A DNA stretch of 64,000 nucleotides from Podarcis vaucheri. Its lineage: Eukaryota. Of the stretch, positions 62,831-64,000 are shown piece after piece. Below the pieces are notes generated by a model. That model had not been told where the DNA came from. It did not search any database and saw only the letters and a program-made list of their open reading frames with translations. Both the position numbers and the translations under genes were made by a program. Every line of letters starts with the position of its first letter. The stretch's first letter is position 1. The stretch lies in assembly GCA_965113315.1 (NCBI GenBank), contig OZ220367.1; one strand, written 5' to 3'.

Positions 62831-64000
62831 CAGGATCTCAGATAAGTTTTGGCGCCAAGTGGTGTTCTTTTGAAAAGATACAAAGGCTTGTTTGGCCAAT
62901 AAGGTGTTTGAAGTGTTTGCAAGATTGATGTAAAATCGTAGGAATCTTAAGTGGGCCCTGGCAGATACAGAGGGTAATCCAACCTCCACCCTCAAGAAAG
63001 CTGCTGGGGTTCCTTGAGGAAGGCCTAGAATCCTCTTGAGATAATAATTTTGCAAAAATTTCAAGCTGTTCCAACAGCCTCTGGTTCCACCCCCAGAGTT
63101 CTATCCCATATAACATCTGGGGGATAGCTTTCCCAACAAAAGCTCTTAATGCCGGGATCACCAGTTGTCCCCCCCTGGAATGGAAGAAACTAAGCAAAGC
63201 ACCAATTGTTCTTCGTGTTAAAATGGTTACAGCCTTAAAGTGGGCTAGCCAACTAGATGTAGCCTGGAATGTAACACCCATATATTTAAAAAAAGGACAC
63301 TGTTCAATCACATGTCCATCTAAAGACCATCTAGAGATGTGGCGAGCTCTAGTGAACACCACAATTTTTGTTTTGTCATAGTTTATCTTTAGTGAATTAT
63401 GGGAACAGTAGGCTGCAATCCCCTCCAGCATGCTGCGTAAGCCTCTTCGGGTGAGTGCCATTAAAGCCATGCCATCGGCATATAGCAATATATTCAGGCA
63501 TTTACCTTCAAGGGCTGGAGCCGATGACTTGTACTTTGCCATGTACTGAACAATGTCGTTTATATAAAAGTTAAAAAGAAATGGGGCTAGCAGGCATCCC
63601 TGTTTGACCCCTTTCCCCAATGGCAGTGGGTCTGTAAGAGTTCCCGATGGCCCAGTTCTGATTTTGACTGTAATGTCTGTGTGTAGCTCTCTGAGAATTT
63701 TTAAAAGTCGTCTATCAATGTCCGTTTCATATAATTTTTTCCATAGTCTATCTCTACAGATTGAATCGAAGGCAGATGTCAAGTCAACAAAGGCCACAAA
63801 GAGTCTGCTCTTATACGCTTTTGCATATTTAGCTACCAAGGTCTGTAGTACCATGCATGCAGTGACCTATCGTATTGTGGCCCTTTCTAAATCCTGCCTG
63901 TTCCTGGTTGAACAGGTTAGAATGGTCCGCCCAATCTAAAGCTGATAGTAATAGTTCGTCATAGTCATTGGCAGCCTTCTCTTCTTTTTGTCTGTCGCAA
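62831..64000 (-). pseudogene. RTE-X LINE RT region (continues beyond the window)
   Basis: EQAGFRKG, FVDLTSAFD, GVKQGCLLAP, YADG (catalytic YADD mutated), FKYMG. Frameshift near 63060. The reading frame resumes across the L1 TSD into 57943. Confidence 0.88.

Overview
Vertebrate, CpG-depleted, repeat-rich DNA from a squamate reptile, most likely a lacertid-type lizard. This is inferred from the Sauria SINEs, BovB, Squam3-like SINEs and lizard-type L2/CR1 elements. I found no host exon, rRNA or tRNA gene, so the window reads as a gene desert or large intron, with one 134-N gap. The only intact protein-coding frame is a 1247-aa L1 ORF2 (58356-62099, minus). It belongs to a young 5'-truncated L1 inserted, with a 20-bp TSD, into an RTE-X LINE. 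Several nested insertions are resolvable by their TSDs. The most interesting observation is four diverged copies of an LTR-like repeat (possibly DIRS/Ngaro-type) at about 9.4-9.9, 22.0-22.8, 34.7-35.5 and 45.2-46.0 kb. They share an RNA architecture: an ENE-like U-rich internal loop (clearest at 22425-22461) plus, in the three copies that keep the 3' end, two nested long-range helices, one with a compensatory change, that would bring the poly(A) site next to the ENE. This suggests a retroelement poly(A)-clamping triple-helix module. Repeat family names come from recognition, not a database search, and boundaries without TSDs are approximate.
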